DNA of 62,849 bases, the filler included, from Asterionella formosa (Eukaryota), in the NCBI GenBank assembly GCA_002256025.1. It is 14 parts of 14 records of this genome, joined end to end, with 100 filler letters (N's around TTAATTAATTAA, not from the genome) between each part and the next. Parts side by side here need not be neighbours in the genome. Positions count along the whole stretch, not along the records: positions 58,510 to 59,889 come from NKIB01002730.1; positions 59,990 to 61,369 come from NKIB01002731.1; positions 61,470 to 62,849 come from NKIB01002732.1; 11 more parts are not named here. One strand, 5' to 3'. Shown here piece after piece: positions 59,531 to 62,849 of this stretch (position 1 is its first letter; each line of letters begins with the position of its first letter). Position numbers and translations under genes: made by a program. The notes below the pieces were generated by a model. That model was not told the DNA's origin. It saw only the letters and a program-made list of their open reading frames with translations, and searched no databases.

Positions 59531-60692
59531 GGGTACCGGTAATACCCCATCGTCGATGGGGACATCATCAGCTACTAGTACAAAGGATCCCGTAATTGAT
59601 ACTGAATGCGATGATGACGTTTCTACTTCAGTTATTGATACAAGAATAATGGCTCCTGTCGATGATACCATTAATAACTCCCGGATGCAGATGGATGACG
59701 TGGAACCATATCATAAATTTTCTAATCGCACAGACCAACAAGTACATGACAATCTGAGGGAAAAACATTTTGCACTTGCCAAAGGATATTATCAATTGAT
59801 CAATGAACTCAATCACTACAAAGCTCGTAATTCGGTTCAAAACTCGCTTGTCCATACAAGGTTATCAAGACTCTTCAATTTCAGCAGCCNNNNNNNNNNN
59901 NNNNNNNNNNNNNNNNNNNNNNNNNNNNNNNNNTTAATTAATTAANNNNNNNNNNNNNNNNNNNNNNNNNNNNNNNNNNNNNNNNNNNNTGGTACGGTAT
60001 TTATTCTGATACATCATACACCATCCAGTGAATGTAGTGTACATACCCTGTTAGTACGGGTTTATGCGCACTGTATTACATGTGGACCAATCATAAATCA
60101 GCCTCTCCCACAGTTACCAGTTATATCAATAGGTGAATACACGTACGAACAGCTAAACAATCGGCATGCTTCCGTACCGTATTTGTCGACCAGGTACTGG
60201 TACCACTAGTCACCTCAAGGGATTGCTGTGTTCCAATCACACCTAAGATAGTTGATATACATACATATATGTATAACACAAAAGTGTGAATATGAATAAT
60301 AGCGTGGCGAACAGATCGATTTGAAAGTTCATGTATTCATCATACACGAATATACCGCATGGTGGTATATGAGTTACAGTTAGCTACCGGTATTTGTAAA
60401 CCGGTATTCATCGGCATATCAAAAATTGAATCTAGGACAAGTGCTTCTATATCAAAAAAAAGCGGCAACTCAGGCGAGAGACGTGCTTATACTCGGTTAT
60501 TTATAATTATACACTACTGTATACCTACACATAGCTCACCAACCCGTATATCCTGTCGAGAACAAGAGTCAACAATGAACTTGACATGAAGCCAGGAATT
60601 AATCAGTAGCATAGCTTTAAGCATTGCACTTCCACTTCGTTTCCTCCAGCCCTTCCTTCTCCTCTCTCCGTATTGCAGCGCAAATCGCCGAA

Positions 60693-61369
60693 ATGAAAAA
60701 GCAAGTTTGGTCAGATCCTAAGAAGCCTCTTACCGCTAACGCCTCGACAACAGATACAAAAAACACACAAAGTTCGACAACACAAGCAGAGACTTACGTG
60801 CTTCAGGAAGATGATATGATGTCCATCCATAGTTTTCAAACCCAGAATACCTTCTCGTCAACAGATGGTATCGACGTCCTGGGAGCTCCTCCTCCTGGAA
60901 ACTTGGTCGAGTGGCACGCAAACTGGACTGGTAGGATCATTACAAATCGCGTGTTCAAACAGGCTGTCATTGTCCTTTTGGTTTTAAACTCAATTATCAT
61001 GGGAACTGCAACCTTTGATTTTGTGACAGAAAATCAAGAACTGAAACGTCTCTTTTACATTTTAGATTTGGCATTTCTTTCATTGTTTACAGGTGAAATC
61101 TTTCTCAGGATTGTTCACCAAAGACATTTGTCATCACTTCGAGATCCTTGGCTTCCGTTTGATACCGTCATTATTGCCACCAGCTGGATGTGCCTTGCAA
61201 TTTTATCAATTCGAACATTTAGGGTACTAAGAACTATGCGATTAGCTACCAAGCTGAAGCCTTTACGAGATATCGTGCTTTCCGTTGGGCGAGCCATGAA
61301 AAGAATCGGAGCCATCTTCCTCCTGTTGATTTTCTCGCTGTATATTTATTCTATTGTTTTTACGGACCT
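60693..61369 (+). CDS. Single-domain voltage-gated cation channel, EukCatA-like (S1-S5; pore cut by linker)
   Basis: S1 LLVLNSIIMG.ATFDFV, S2 FL.LFT.E, S3 DPWLPFD, S4 IRTFRVLRTMRL, S5 YIYSIVFTD. An upstream exon is possible (polypyrimidine + CAG at 60678). Confidence 0.8.
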
Positions 61370-61469
61370 NNNNNNNNNNNNNNNNNNNNNNNNNNNNNNN
61401 NNNNNNNNNNNNNTTAATTAATTAANNNNNNNNNNNNNNNNNNNNNNNNNNNNNNNNNNNNNNNNNNNN

Positions 61470-61782
61470 TATTACTCCGACTATTGGTTTTTAGTTTTAC
61501 GATCATACAATCCTAGAACTATGATGATTTATTGTCCCACGGTAGTAGCAACAGTCCTGAATATTTGGTATTCCATTGGTTTTTAGTTTTACGATCATAC
61601 GATCCTAAAATTATGATGATTTACTGTCCCGCTGCAGTAGCAACAGTCATGAACATATGGTGTTCTATTTGTTTTTAGTTTTACGATCATATGATCCTAA
61701 AACTATGATGATTTACTGTCCCACTGCAGTAGCAACAGTCCTGAACATATGGTGTTCTGTTGCTAGTTTACTACTCCGACTA
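61470..61782. repeat. Minisatellite, about 92-93 bp x3
   Basis: ttg.tttttagttttacgatcata..atccta.aa.tatgatgattta.tgtccc.c.g.agtagcaacagtc.tgaa.at.tggt repeated at about 61484, 61576, 61668. Confidence 0.92.
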
Positions 61783-62849
61783 CCCCCACCAGCATATCAC
61801 TTACTACCTGCTACTGGTACTCTGTATATATATATGATATATTGTTATTGTCATATGATGTACCGGTACACATGAAGAGCTCCCGCCCAAAAAGGGGGCT
61901 TAAACAATTTGCCACCATAACCCTGGCGGTTATGACTTACACGGTTCACGTAGTCGTGGAAAACAATGGACATATAGTGCATTGAGTATTTTCGAATTAT
62001 GTATATGCGAGTATGATCATCTCAACCATATCAGATGTTCCATATCGAGAGCGCCTTTGAATTTTATAAAATGTATTACGCTATATATATATATATATTT
62101 ACAAATTTTATTACTATATTCATGGCCAATATATTTTTCAAATCGTTCTGTCACGTTAACAATCAATGCCTGCTGCTTCATGAAAAGATACGTCGTAGTA
62201 AAGCACATGACAGCAAAGAAAGTTTACGCAATACATAACGAAAAACATTGTGACTTCGACACATTGCGCATTCGAAGGATGGAGAATGTTTAAGGTAATG
62301 AAGCCATCAATGTGCGTGGTACTTGGATGACAATCGTTGGGAGGCAGGCAGGCAGCACAACAACAAATTGTTAACTAAACGCACATTTCCTTTTTTCTCA
62401 GTTGATTCAACAGCTCAAACAAAACCAAACCAAATTGCGTAAGTGCTCTTGTCGCTCGTTGGACCTATTCACTTCTGTTGGAACAAAGCTATCATGACTA
62501 CTAGCTAACAAATCATTCCTTCTCATTGTTTCTGTAACTGCATAGGACCATAAAACCAATCAAACAACGGAATAGTCGGCGAAAAATGCTAGTATGGCTT
62601 GTCAGCTCACGCATTGTTGTTGACAACAGGCAGGGACAATGAGGTCCGGAATGGAAGTTTTTCTGGTAAGATTACTGCGCTATTTTGACGGCTATATGAG
62701 CAACGCTACTGATAACTCACACTGATCTTCCTCTACATTCAATTGACATTGCAGCAAACCCTTTCAATTCAGGAGCATTCGGATGAAATCCAAAAGAACT
62801 CTGCAATACAGTTGAATGGTGAGTGTGTTCTTGTTGTGTACCTAAATGC

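Noticed and set aside
61470..61782. CRISPR-like array
   Set aside because: Whole units are homologous end to end; there are no unique spacers and no cas genes, and the context is eukaryotic.

Overview
Eukaryotic, intron-containing DNA that is almost certainly from a diatom: signal peptide + ASAF-type plastid presequences, a SELMA-type Ubc, an EukCatA-like channel, CoDi-type copia and a CryptonS element. The window is not one locus. Thirteen artificial 100-nt linkers (N44-TTAATTAATTAA-N44) join two long pieces (1-22513, 22614-45092) and twelve pieces of about 1.38 kb, so adjacency across linkers is meaningless. Host genes: Deg1/HtrA protease, SLU7, an LtrA-family membrane protein, a 2053-aa myosin with IQ, ankyrin and pseudokinase regions, a CTDSPL2-like phosphatase, an ankyrin protein, a periplastid UBE2W-like E2, a plastid FBPase-like protein, COX6B and a secreted protein. 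These are mixed with many transposons (copia, pogo, MULE, Harbinger, Crypton, Plavaka, Tc1/mariner-like). Most notable: (1) TA-site duplications with short fillers (TA->TA-N1-5-TA) that interrupt conserved TE sequence and appear to stack into GGTACC/CCWGG arrays; (2) a complete TIR-bounded pogo element carrying a convergent HIRAN-like passenger gene; (3) a tRNA-derived SINE-like insert with two B boxes and a 13-bp target-site duplication; (4) SLU7 with a Tudor-like module in place of the zinc knuckle; (5) a plastid FBPase that has lost key catalytic residues. All family calls come from motif recognition by eye; no database searches were run.
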